Below, piece by piece: positions 1 through 7,101 of a stretch of 43,053 nucleotides of DNA. The position numbers and the translations under genes were made by a program. The notes below the pieces were generated by a model. That model was not told where the DNA came from. It worked only from the letters and a program-made list of their open reading frames with translations, and did no database searches. Each line of letters begins with the position of its first letter. Position 1 is the stretch's first letter. This DNA comes from a virus (Duplodnaviria > Caudoviricetes). The DNA lies in IMG/VR virus record IMGVR_UViG_3300043220_000040, positions 1-43,053 of that record. One strand, written 5' to 3'.

Positions 1-127
1 TCATGGGACGTCTCCCTGCCACCAGCATGTGGCCCATCCGCCGGTGCCGCCTGGGTGCTCGATGGCGTTGCTCCACCAGGCGACATTGGCGCCGACGTGA
101 TACGGGTTGGTTGGATCACCCAAGCCG
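1..127. repeat. 127-bp terminal overlap (circular assembly), copy 1
   Basis: 1-127 is identical to 42927-43053. The gene starting at 42930 overlaps the stop of the gene ending at position 1 (ATGA), so genes continue across the seam. Confidence 0.97.
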
Positions 128-648
128 GATAAGGCTGCGGCGCGAGCCCAACTATCAGGATGGAACTGTGCGACTGACCAGTAAAAGTCCCCCAAGGTCC
201 AGTCCCAGAACCAGCCACGTCCACGGTTCTCGCATTCCAATATGACATCGGTTACGAGATGCTCCTCCCAGGCGGGGTTCCCGCCGTAGTCTCGGTATCC
301 GGCGCGGAAGGCGGCTTCGGGGGCGGACTGCGACGCCTGCATAGGGGGCAGAGGGGTTGACTCCAACCCGCGTGCCATGTTCTGTGATAGCGCCACCTCG
401 CCTCCTCGCTCATTTCTGGGTGCCAGTAGCCCTGATTCTGCCGCCAGCGCAGCCTCGCTACGATCCCAAGCAGCCGTCGCAGGGCTTCCGCTAGGTAGGG
501 CATCTACCACCATCCCAGGCCATAGCCAAGCAGCAATATGCTGTTGATAAGAAGCAAAGCTGGAACCACTAACCTGAAGAACCTGTACATCTCTTGCTCC
601 TCCTATCCCCGCTCCCGCTCCGGCCAGCAGCAGGACGAGGGCTCTCAG
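1..648 (-). CDS. Secreted or membrane-anchored Rpf-like (lysozyme-fold) transglycosylase; start uncertain (CTG 648 or ATG 513)
   Basis: C-terminal ILECENRG...YWSVAQFHPDSW...GGWATC matches the Rpf pattern CE...QF..STW...W..C. The frame is open up to a hydrophobic LRALVLLLAGAGAG segment starting at CTG 648, which overlaps the upstream stop (CTGA). Confidence 0.55.
   Translation of the reverse strand: MRALVLLLAGAGAGIGGARDVQVLQVSGSSFASYQQHIAAWLWPGMVVDALPSGSPATAAWDRSEAALAAESGLLAPRNERGGEVALSQNMARGLESTPLPPMQASQSAPEAAFRAGYRDYGGNPAWEEHLVTDVILECENRGRGWFWDWTLGDFYWSVAQFHPDSWARAAALSGLGDPTNPYHVGANVAWWSNAIEHPGGTGGWATCWWQGDVP
504..590 (-). CDS. 28-aa single-TM peptide nested out of frame in the Rpf-like ORF
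   Basis: MYRFFRLVVPALLLINSILLLGYGLGWW, with strong SD AGGAGG 8 nt before the ATG. Confidence 0.4.
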   Translation of the reverse strand: MYRFFRLVVPALLLINSILLLGYGLGWW

Positions 649-902
649 GGCGATACGTCAGTCTCTCCGCTTTGCACCGCCGCTACGGGCTCAGAATGGG
701 CACCAACGATTAGGTCTCCTACCCAACGGTCTACAAACCCGCCAACATCTCGTGTGTCCCCGTAGGCCAACTCATCATGATCCTTTCGGAGATGCTTCTT
801 GAACGCCTTGATGAAAGGGTCGAGGTGCCCGCCGAAACAACACCAGTAGTCGCATCCCCCGATTGGGCAGAGCACCTGTCCCTGGTACGTCTTCGCCATC
901 AT
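645..902 (-). CDS. Hypothetical Cys/His (Zn-finger-like) protein
   Basis: CPIGGC...HLRKDH C2H2-like pattern; RBS present. Confidence 0.65.
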   Translation of the reverse strand: MMAKTYQGQVLCPIGGCDYWCCFGGHLDPFIKAFKKHLRKDHDELAYGDTRDVGGFVDRWVGDLIVGAHSEPVAAVQSGETDVSP

Positions 903-935
903 CCCTCACCCTTCGCTGGGCCTGCCGGGGCAGCG

Positions 936-1115
936 CTACGCATCGCCCCACCTGCGGAGGTAGGCGCTCAAGATCGCCGGGTGCTGCAGCGCATCGAGCA
1001 GCGCGCTGATCCCTGCCGCAGTCTTGCGACGCACCCAGCGGTGGTGCCGCTGCTGGACATGCCTCTGGGCGCCGGCGTGGACGCTATGCGCTTCCCACTG
1101 GGGCTTCTTGCTCAT
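936..1115 (-). CDS. Hypothetical 59-aa basic protein
   Basis: Hand-translated MSKKPQWEAH...RRWGDA; GGAGG RBS; fills the gap between genes. Confidence 0.55.
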   Translation of the reverse strand: MSKKPQWEAHSVHAGAQRHVQQRHHRWVRRKTAAGISALLDALQHPAILSAYLRRWGDA

Positions 1116-2265
1116 GGCCCTCCGTGGCCTCCTCGCCGGGCTGACCCAGGTCGTGCAGGATCTCGTCGCACTGGTGGCGCGTCAGTAGGCGCGTGGCGAA
1201 GGCGTTGCCATCGATGGTGTTGGGCGCGTGCTGCTCCAAGTACGCGCGGAAGAGCTTGGCCTCGCCGCTAAACTTCGCCGCCAGTTCGTCGCCGACCCGT
1301 TGCCGTAACTCGCCGATGGGCGTCTCGCCTTCAGCTTGCGGCTCCGGGCCCGGCTGGGGCTGGGGCTCGCTGGTGATCCCCTCTTCGTCGGCCTCCGTCA
1401 AGCTCGCCGGTTCTGATGCCTCCTGTTCGGTCACGTCAACGGCTTCACCCTCCATGTAGGGCTCAACCGATTCGAACATCTCACCGGCCTCCTGGACGCT
1501 GGGCAGGCCCTCGAGCGCATTCACGGCGTCGGGCGCCATGAGGCGCACGCCGGTTCGTACCGCTGTCCAGACGAGCATCTGCTTCGGATAGAGCGCCCAG
1601 GTTGCGTTGCCGGTGAGCTTCGCCCGCTTGGCGTCGTCCATCGTCGCCTCGAACACACCGGAGCGCCCGCGGTAGGTGAGCCGCACCTTGGCCCGCTCCG
1701 TCGTGCGCTCCAAGATGTCGCAGCCTGCCTTCGGGTCGCGGGATTGCATGAGGCCGAGCATGAGCTGGGCCGACGGCTCGGGGCGGTTCTTGACGATGTA
1801 GATTTGCTTGAGCGCGGCGAACGGCCGGACGCCCAATTCGAGGCCGTAGAGCATGACGACACGGGCCTCGTCGGAGTTCATCCGGCGCGCCTTATCGCCG
1901 GACCCGATCGTCGGAAGCAGGTTGCCTCCCGCTGCCGCCGTCTGGGCGATGCTGGCGATCATCGCCATGTCGGTCTGCGTCGGTAGCAGGGCCGTTGATG
2001 GCTGCACCTTGTAGGGCACGAGTGCCCGTCCTCGCTTGTCGCTCATCTTTCGTACTCCTCTCACATGCCAGCAGTGGCCGGCGCTGACGAATCCTGGACA
2101 CGTGCATACCGCGGCGAACAGGTTGTAGATGACTCGGTGGCGCTGGCCCGGCATCGAGCACGAGGCGAAGTAGCGGACTCGCGGCCTAAAGGCGCGTAGG
2201 TGGGCCCGTTTCTCCTGGCGCCGGATCCGGTTGCGCTCACGCGCCTTGCTGGTTGCCGCCATCAT
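1084..2265 (-). CDS. recT: RecT/Red-beta-like single-strand annealing protein with in-frame N-terminal SWIM Zn finger (internal start at 2046)
   Basis: GLELGVRPFAALKQIYIV...W..YPKQML....R...PD RecT-like core and acidic C-terminus. N-terminal CTCPGF...CWH is a SWIM motif. A second RBS GAGGAG precedes ATG 2046. Confidence 0.8.
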   Translation of the reverse strand: MMAATSKARERNRIRRQEKRAHLRAFRPRVRYFASCSMPGQRHRVIYNLFAAVCTCPGFVSAGHCWHVRGVRKMSDKRGRALVPYKVQPSTALLPTQTDMAMIASIAQTAAAGGNLLPTIGSGDKARRMNSDEARVVMLYGLELGVRPFAALKQIYIVKNRPEPSAQLMLGLMQSRDPKAGCDILERTTERAKVRLTYRGRSGVFEATMDDAKRAKLTGNATWALYPKQMLVWTAVRTGVRLMAPDAVNALEGLPSVQEAGEMFESVEPYMEGEAVDVTEQEASEPASLTEADEEGITSEPQPQPGPEPQAEGETPIGELRQRVGDELAAKFSGEAKLFRAYLEQHAPNTIDGNAFATRLLTRHQCDEILHDLGQPGEEATEGHEQEAPVGSA

Positions 2266-2435
2266 TCGGGTGCCTCGAATCCTGGGCAGTAGGTCGAGCA
2301 CCTGGGATCGGCTCGCTCAGGGAAGCGTTCGATGGCATGCGCAGTCTCGCTACACAACCGACATCCGCCATCGGGCCTGTGGTCGCGCCGATGGTGACGG
2401 CAGTGAACGCAGCGGTTCTGTGGCTCGTAAGTCAT
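2262..2435 (-). CDS. Small Cys/His-rich protein
   Basis: CVHCRH...H...C..C...C..YC; ATGA-coupled at both ends. Confidence 0.7.
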   Translation of the reverse strand: MTYEPQNRCVHCRHHRRDHRPDGGCRLCSETAHAIERFPERADPRCSTYCPGFEAPE

Positions 2436-3274
2436 TTCACTAGCGCCTGTCCTTGGGCACACCAGGGCAGTACCGAGCAGTAATCGGCGCAGCGCGCACT
2501 AACACCAGGTCGGTGCTCGATGCGGTGGCTGTCACCTTCCAGTTTGCCGAGGAGCCCTACGGCCTCGTCCTCGCTATCGAACAGCTTGACGGCCCGCTTC
2601 TTGCCGCGCTTCATGACCGCCCATTTCTCCGGCCTCGCCCAGCGCTCCTCCGGCGAACAGGGCGGCCAGCGATGGTGCTGACGTGCCTCCTGGTGCAGTG
2701 AGACGCGCCGCTCTAGGTAGCGCGTCGCTTCTTCAGCCGGCCAGAGCCTGACCTCCCTGGCGATGGCCTGTGCGCCGGGGTAATCGTCATCGCCCGCCCG
2801 CGACTTCTGCCAGTCCCGCAGGATGGCGACGACTTGGAGCCGCTTCACGTCGAACCCGTGATGCCGCAAAAGGAGCGCGTATAGGTTGAGCTGCGCCACC
2901 CACTCCGCCTTCTCGCCGAAGACGAAGGACCAGGCAGACGTTGTCTTGAAGTCGCTCAAGGTGCCATCGGCCTCGAATAGATCGGGCTTGCCGCTCACCG
3001 CCCAGCCGTCCACCTGCATTATCAGCCGCTCCTCTTGGAGCGCGTTCTCCGTGGCTACGGCTTGTAGGACGTAGTGCATCGCCTGGCCGTAGAGCGCCCA
3101 GATGCGATCGGCGGCGTCCTCCGTTATCTCATGATCGTGCTGACGTTCGAGCTCGAGTATCTGTGGTGGCTTCACCAGCTCGGTGACGCTGATGTCGCCA
3201 ACTCGCCGGTAGATGTCATGCTCAACAGCCCGAACAATCGGTACTGGCAGGCCGTGCTTGTTGGTGATCTTCAC
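2432..3274 (-). CDS. Cas4-like PD-(D/E)XK exonuclease (RecE-role partner of RecT)
   Basis: E...SGKPDL...DFKTT...QLNLY catalytic motifs; C-terminal Cys cluster (C..YC....WC). Confidence 0.85.
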   Translation of the reverse strand: MKITNKHGLPVPIVRAVEHDIYRRVGDISVTELVKPPQILELERQHDHEITEDAADRIWALYGQAMHYVLQAVATENALQEERLIMQVDGWAVSGKPDLFEADGTLSDFKTTSAWSFVFGEKAEWVAQLNLYALLLRHHGFDVKRLQVVAILRDWQKSRAGDDDYPGAQAIAREVRLWPAEEATRYLERRVSLHQEARQHHRWPPCSPEERWARPEKWAVMKRGKKRAVKLFDSEDEAVGLLGKLEGDSHRIEHRPGVSARCADYCSVLPWCAQGQALVK

Positions 3275-3543
3275 TTGCTCCCCCCTATCAGCGTGGCGGA
3301 CATGCGGAAGCGCTCCTCCTGTATTGGTGCCCAGTGAGCGCAGCCCTCGATATGCTCTTCGCGGCCCGCTTTGGCGATAGCCTCGTCTTCGCTGTTGGCG
3401 TCGACGACCGTCGTGAACTTGCGGATGATCTCCATGTAGACGATGTATTTCACCTTCGTTGTCTCCTTATGCCACCGCCGATGCTTGGCGGGATCTCGCA
3501 CGCTGAACGACGGCCCGCACTCGGCGCAAAACATCTGGATCAT
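3271..3543 (-). CDS. Hypothetical protein with N-terminal C2H2-like finger
   Basis: CAEC...HRRWH followed by a V.ANSEDEAI..A small phage domain; possible internal GTG start after AAGGAG. Confidence 0.6.
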   Translation of the reverse strand: MIQMFCAECGPSFSVRDPAKHRRWHKETTKVKYIVYMEIIRKFTTVVDANSEDEAIAKAGREEHIEGCAHWAPIQEERFRMSATLIGGSK

Positions 3544-3769
3544 GGCGGTAGCACCAAGGCTCCTCTTGGTCGATGGCGATGGCGGGCCTACCACAGCGCC
3601 CAGCGTGCAGCGCTGCATCACCGACAGTCAGCCTCATGATTCCGGCCGCACACGGCACGGCGCCGCCGGTCCCGCCACAGACGAGGCACGCAGCCCGCGT
3701 CTCGTGGAAGTCCTCTTCGTAGCCCCGTCCACCGCAGCGGGCGCAGGGGGCTGTCGTTGCTCGCTTCAT
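3467..3769 (-). CDS. Small protein with DnaJ-type CxxCxGxG Zn-finger repeats
   Basis: CARCGGRG and CLVCGGTG; true 3' extent uncertain. Confidence 0.55.
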   Translation of the reverse strand: MKRATTAPCARCGGRGYEEDFHETRAACLVCGGTGGAVPCAAGIMRLTVGDAALHAGRCGRPAIAIDQEEPWCYRHDPDVLRRVRAVVQRARSRQASAVA

Positions 3770-3771
3770 GG

Positions 3772-4494
3772 CTATCCTGCCCGCGCCGTGATGCCTTCCT
3801 CGCTTACCACCTTGACGCCAGCGATAGGAGGCCTACCATGCAACGACCGCGCCAAGCCGTTCAGGATCCCCATGTTTGGCTGGAGGTAGGTCAGCGAATG
3901 TTCTCCCTTGGCGCACGCCTTGACCAGCGCCCTAAAATCGCTCACTTCGGCGTGCCAAGTGGTACGAATGTGGACGGCCCCGCTGGGCGCCTCCGCCAGC
4001 GCCACAGTCGGTGCCTGTACCGTCTCGGCGCGCTCCTCTAACGTCTCCGCACGCCCAGCACGGCCCGTTTCGCGGTGGGCTTCGGCTTGCCTCAGCAAAT
4101 CGCGCCGTTCGCGCTCCGCATCGGCGTCGAACTTGGCCTGTGCTTCGCGGCGTTGACGCTCCTGCTCTTGGGTATAGGTGAGCATGGCACCCTTGATCGT
4201 CCGTTCGGCGCTCGCCAGCCGGTCCACTGCGGGCTGGAACACCTCCAAGACCCGCTTCTTGGCGGCATCCATCGGTCGCGTGATCGACAGTCGCAGCGCC
4301 GCAAGGGCGTTCTGGCGGGCCTTGATCGTCGTGAGTAGCCCGCCGCTGGCCGCCAATTGTTCAGACGTCTCAATCGTGAGGCCGTCTGCCGATGAGACAA
4401 GCGCGACGATCTCCTCTGTCTCGCGGGTCGCGGCGGCCTCCGCCACTGCAATCGCCCCAGCTTGTGTCGTCTTTACGCTGTCCTCTGTGGTCAT
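3772..4494 (-). CDS. Coiled-coil phage protein (Gam/Gp157-like architecture)
   Basis: Long helical region RLSITRPMDAAKK..., then RTTW...V.D and I.GVKVV.E C-terminus, typical of this recombination-linked family; RBS GGAGG before ATG 4494. Confidence 0.7.
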   Translation of the reverse strand: MTTEDSVKTTQAGAIAVAEAAATRETEEIVALVSSADGLTIETSEQLAASGGLLTTIKARQNALAALRLSITRPMDAAKKRVLEVFQPAVDRLASAERTIKGAMLTYTQEQERQRREAQAKFDADAERERRDLLRQAEAHRETGRAGRAETLEERAETVQAPTVALAEAPSGAVHIRTTWHAEVSDFRALVKACAKGEHSLTYLQPNMGILNGLARSLHGRPPIAGVKVVSEEGITARAG

Positions 4495-4532
4495 TGTGGT
4501 ACTCCCTCCACCGCCTCGCGTGGGAGGCTCGG

Positions 4533-4655
4533 CTAGCTCACGTCCCGCCGTGTCATGTAAACGCCGATCATCAGCCCCAGGCCCGCTATCAGCGCGGGCA
4601 GCAGGCGGAACAGGAGCGGGATCTCCGCGATCATCTCCTCCAAGGGGTTCAACAT
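4533..4655 (-). CDS. 40-aa single-TM peptide
   Basis: MLNPLEEMIAEIPLLFRLLPALIAGLGLMIGVYMTRRDVS; SD AAGGAGG. Confidence 0.6.
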   Translation of the reverse strand: MLNPLEEMIAEIPLLFRLLPALIAGLGLMIGVYMTRRDVS

Positions 4656-4781
4656 CGGCTTCCTCCTTGTGCCGGGACGGGCAGGTGCAGTTGTAGGCTG
4701 CGCTGGCGCCGACGAAGCGCTTATGTAGACGCACACCGCAGTGATCGTCGTATAGATGGACGTGCTGGCACCACGGGCACG

Positions 4782-5027
4782 TCATCGCTGCGCCTCCCCG
4801 CTGGCCACACCCACGCCGGAATCGCAGCCTCGACAGTCGTAGCCGAACATTCCCTTGGCCAAGCAGTTGGCTGGGTGATGGTGGCAGCGTCGACACGGGA
4901 GAAGCCCTACTTCGAGTGCCTTCCGCACGGTGCCTCGGTACTGTCTCTCACCGCAGCTGCTTCCTTTGCGGTGATAGCGCCGCCGAGGGCCATTCCACGT
5001 AACGAACCGGAGTATTATCCCGCTCAT
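4782..5027 (-). CDS. Ada-metal-binding-like Zn-finger protein
   Basis: YHRKGSSC...A...GLLPCRRC pattern; ATGA coupling. Confidence 0.6.
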   Translation of the reverse strand: MSGIILRFVTWNGPRRRYHRKGSSCGERQYRGTVRKALEVGLLPCRRCHHHPANCLAKGMFGYDCRGCDSGVGVASGEAQR

Positions 5028-5422
5028 CGCTGCGCCTCCTGGGTGGCGATGGCGGTACTCACCTTGGCCCCCATTCCCGCTGGCCAGATATGCGCCGCCG
5101 CACGGCACTCGCGCCTGACAGCCTTCAGCGCCGCCAGCAGCGCCGCGTTCTGGGTGCACAGGGTGTCGCGCACTTCGTATAGACTGCTCAGGTGGCTCAG
5201 TCTATGGATTGAAGAATCTAGCTCCTCCGTCGGTATCCCTGCGCAGGCGTTCACGCAGGCCACGATGCGGCGGGCGTTGGCGGCTGAGTCAGCTAGGTAG
5301 TCGTGGCATACCGCCACGACGGGATCATCCGGCACGGCAGGCCCAACGTAGATGTACCCGCCCCTGCCGTCGTAAACCTTCCACGGTTCCGGCGTGTGCT
5401 GCGTCTCACTTGCCGTGGTCAT
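5024..5422 (-). CDS. Conserved phage hypothetical protein
   Basis: HTPEPW...ANARRIVACVNACAGI motif common in phage early genes. Confidence 0.75.
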   Translation of the reverse strand: MTTASETQHTPEPWKVYDGRGGYIYVGPAVPDDPVVAVCHDYLADSAANARRIVACVNACAGIPTEELDSSIHRLSHLSSLYEVRDTLCTQNAALLAALKAVRRECRAAAHIWPAGMGAKVSTAIATQEAQR

Positions 5423-5832
5423 GGCGCGGGCTCCTCATCGGTCTGCCGTTCGTCCATGACTGACACCGACCATTTCTTGCGATGCCTCCACAGCGGCCAT
5501 GCCAACCAGCCCATGACACCCAGCACTAGCATCCAGGAGCCGAAGGCGCCGCCCCACCAGACCGATATAGGGCAGAAGGCGATGGCGTTGCCGCACATAG
5601 TACAGACATCGGAGCCAGGCGGAAAGACCGGCTCACCGCAGCCGCCATCGGGGCTTGGCAAACAAGGGTCTGGCTCCGGCGTTGTCGGTGTATCGCACTC
5701 ACCCTTCGGGCCAATGGGCTCTTCCCAGCATGATTCATCGTCGGCCCTGGCTTGGCTCACTGAGCCGGCCAGCAGGGCTGACAACGCCAGCAGCACAACA
5801 AGGATAGATGCGCTAAGTAGTGCATACCTCAT
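5419..5832 (-). CDS. Exported Cys/Pro-rich protein with C-terminal membrane anchor
   Basis: Signal peptide ending ARA|D, 7 Cys, Trp-rich TM helix, then RHRKK. Confidence 0.7.
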   Translation of the reverse strand: MRYALLSASILVVLLALSALLAGSVSQARADDESCWEEPIGPKGECDTPTTPEPDPCLPSPDGGCGEPVFPPGSDVCTMCGNAIAFCPISVWWGGAFGSWMLVLGVMGWLAWPLWRHRKKWSVSVMDERQTDEEPAP

Positions 5833-6047
5833 CGCAGCGCCGCCCGTAGGCGCTCCGCCGTGCCCTCTATGATGCCTAGCTGCATGGCGAGCCGCGACGG
5901 GCTACTGTCCACGGCCACATGCGCTGTCTGGATGATGCGATCCACCATCGCCAGCAGGTTTCGGTCCGGCGGCACGGTCATCACGTCGGCATGAAGGCGG
6001 TCTAGCGCCTCATCGCTCATCTCGGTTGGCGTTTGCTGTTCGGTCAT
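5829..6047 (-). CDS. Hypothetical protein
   Basis: RBS GGAGA; ATGA coupling to the next gene. Confidence 0.7.
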   Translation of the reverse strand: MTEQQTPTEMSDEALDRLHADVMTVPPDRNLLAMVDRIIQTAHVAVDSSPSRLAMQLGIIEGTAERLRAALR

Positions 6048-6104
6048 GGTATTCTCCAGGTGTCTTGTTGCAGGCCCCCGGCCCCGACGGTCGAGGGCCT
6101 GCTG

Positions 6105-6338
6105 CTATTTCCCTGGTGAGTGTTTCGAGAATATGGCGGGCATCACCTCCTCGGTTCTCAATCTCTGCGCCGTGACTTTCCCGACGCCCCCAACGTGGGC
6201 GGCGTAGTCCCGTGCGGGCATCCATGCCCGGTTCGGCGCGATCCCTGCGCGGCGCGGGGAGGAGAGTCGGAACGCTGGTGGCAAGGCCATGGGGGACACG
6301 GCCTTCGCTCCGACTCCCTTCTCTGCGCCGCCCATCAT
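6105..6338 (-). CDS. Hypothetical protein with possible helix-hairpin-helix motif
   Basis: VGGVGKVTAQRL; ATGA coupling. Confidence 0.4.
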   Translation of the reverse strand: MMGGAEKGVGAKAVSPMALPPAFRLSSPRRAGIAPNRAWMPARDYAAHVGGVGKVTAQRLRTEEVMPAIFSKHSPGK

Positions 6339-6514
6339 GGCTGCGCTCCGTTGCGGCCGTGGTAGCGCTGACGCGCCCTCGCGTTCTGCCGCTCTCGTAT
6401 CTCTGGTCGCTGATAGTAAATGCGCGAGTACTCGCGGTGCTTGCTGCGCAACCGCTCCCGATGCCGCTGATAGTATTCACGCTGGTAGGCCGCTTCCTTT
6501 AGCTGATCACACAT
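6335..6514 (-). CDS. Basic helical protein
   Basis: YQREYYQRHRERLR... repeats resembling the helical arms of phage endonucleases; start ATG 6514. Confidence 0.6.
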   Translation of the reverse strand: MCDQLKEAAYQREYYQRHRERLRSKHREYSRIYYQRPEIRERQNARARQRYHGRNGAQP

Positions 6515-6842
6515 CGTTCCGCCCCTCGCAGTCTTCTTGGGAAGGCGCTGCCCGCATCTCCGCCTCGCGGCGGTGGAAATCAGCTTCGGCAGCGGGGAGG
6601 TCGTTGCTGAGAAATCCCTTCCGTCCGACTTCGACGATATGGCCAGGAGCATGTCCTGGCGGCCCCTGATTGACGCTCCAACTTGTACCATGAGGAATCG
6701 TGCGGCCCTTACAGGGCTGCTGATGCTTCGAGAGATCAACTAGATGAAGTATCTGCCCATCCCAGTGAACACAGCGGAGAATCCAAGCTGGACAGCCGCA
6801 CTCGCGTTGCGCTAGGCCGGGCTGGGGGCTAGGACTTGTCAT
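6507..6842 (-). CDS. Hypothetical protein
   Basis: ECGCP.W...C.H motif; overlaps neighbours in operon fashion. Confidence 0.6.
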   Translation of the reverse strand: MTSPSPQPGLAQRECGCPAWILRCVHWDGQILHLVDLSKHQQPCKGRTIPHGTSWSVNQGPPGHAPGHIVEVGRKGFLSNDLPAAEADFHRREAEMRAAPSQEDCEGRNDV

Positions 6843-6975
6843 CGCGCCCATCCTTCGTCAGCCCCAGCAGGCGCCGCAACACCTTATTGTGAGACTGAAG
6901 CCCGAACTCCTTCTTCAGCTCGATGAGCTTAGCATCAACGTCAGGGCCGATCTTGATGAGTTTCTTGTAAGCCAT
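6829..6975 (-). CDS. Ribbon-helix-helix DNA-binding protein, first gene of the early operon
   Basis: KKLIKI (beta) GPDVDAKLIELKKEFG (helix) SHNKVLRRLL (helix). Confidence 0.75.
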   Translation of the reverse strand: MAYKKLIKIGPDVDAKLIELKKEFGLQSHNKVLRRLLGLTKDGRDDKS

Positions 6976-6981
6976 GCCGCC

Positions 6982-7011
6982 ACGGTAGCACGGGGGGAAC
7001 CCCATTGTCAA
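6982..7011 (-). promoter_or_regulatory. Sigma70-type early promoter, probably leaderless
   Basis: TTGACA-18 bp-TACCGT with extended TGn. The ATG lies 6 nt after the -10 element and has no SD. Confidence 0.7.
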
Positions 7012-7014
7012 GCA

Positions 7015-7049
7015 GGCCATTCGGCCCTACTTGGTGGGGCCATTCGGCC
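7015..7049. promoter_or_regulatory. Two direct copies of GGCCATTCGGCC (putative operator)
   Basis: 7015-7026 and 7038-7049; the first is 3 bp from the -35 element. Confidence 0.6.
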
Positions 7050-7101
7050 TGGTCAATTACGAGCAAATACGTCCAATCGCAGAGGTTGCGAGATTATGCG
7101 C

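Noticed and set aside
1-127. Biological direct terminal repeat
   Set aside because: 127 bp equals a common assembler k-mer and the repeat falls within coding sequence, so a circularisation overlap is the simpler explanation.
2432-3274. CRISPR-Cas system suggested by the Cas4-like gene
   Set aside because: No cas1/cas2 and no repeat-spacer array seen; stand-alone Cas4-like nucleases next to RecT are common in phages.
3772-4896. ORF-track start positions for several long ORFs (4896, 2301, 34110, 35790, 38118, 23097, 24435)
   Set aside because: These extend into upstream genes; downstream starts with clear SD sequences or stop-start coupling fit better.
5000-6010. Apparent abundance of CTAG
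   Set aside because: A rough count of about 5 per kb here is near random expectation for this composition; it cannot be called enrichment without computation.
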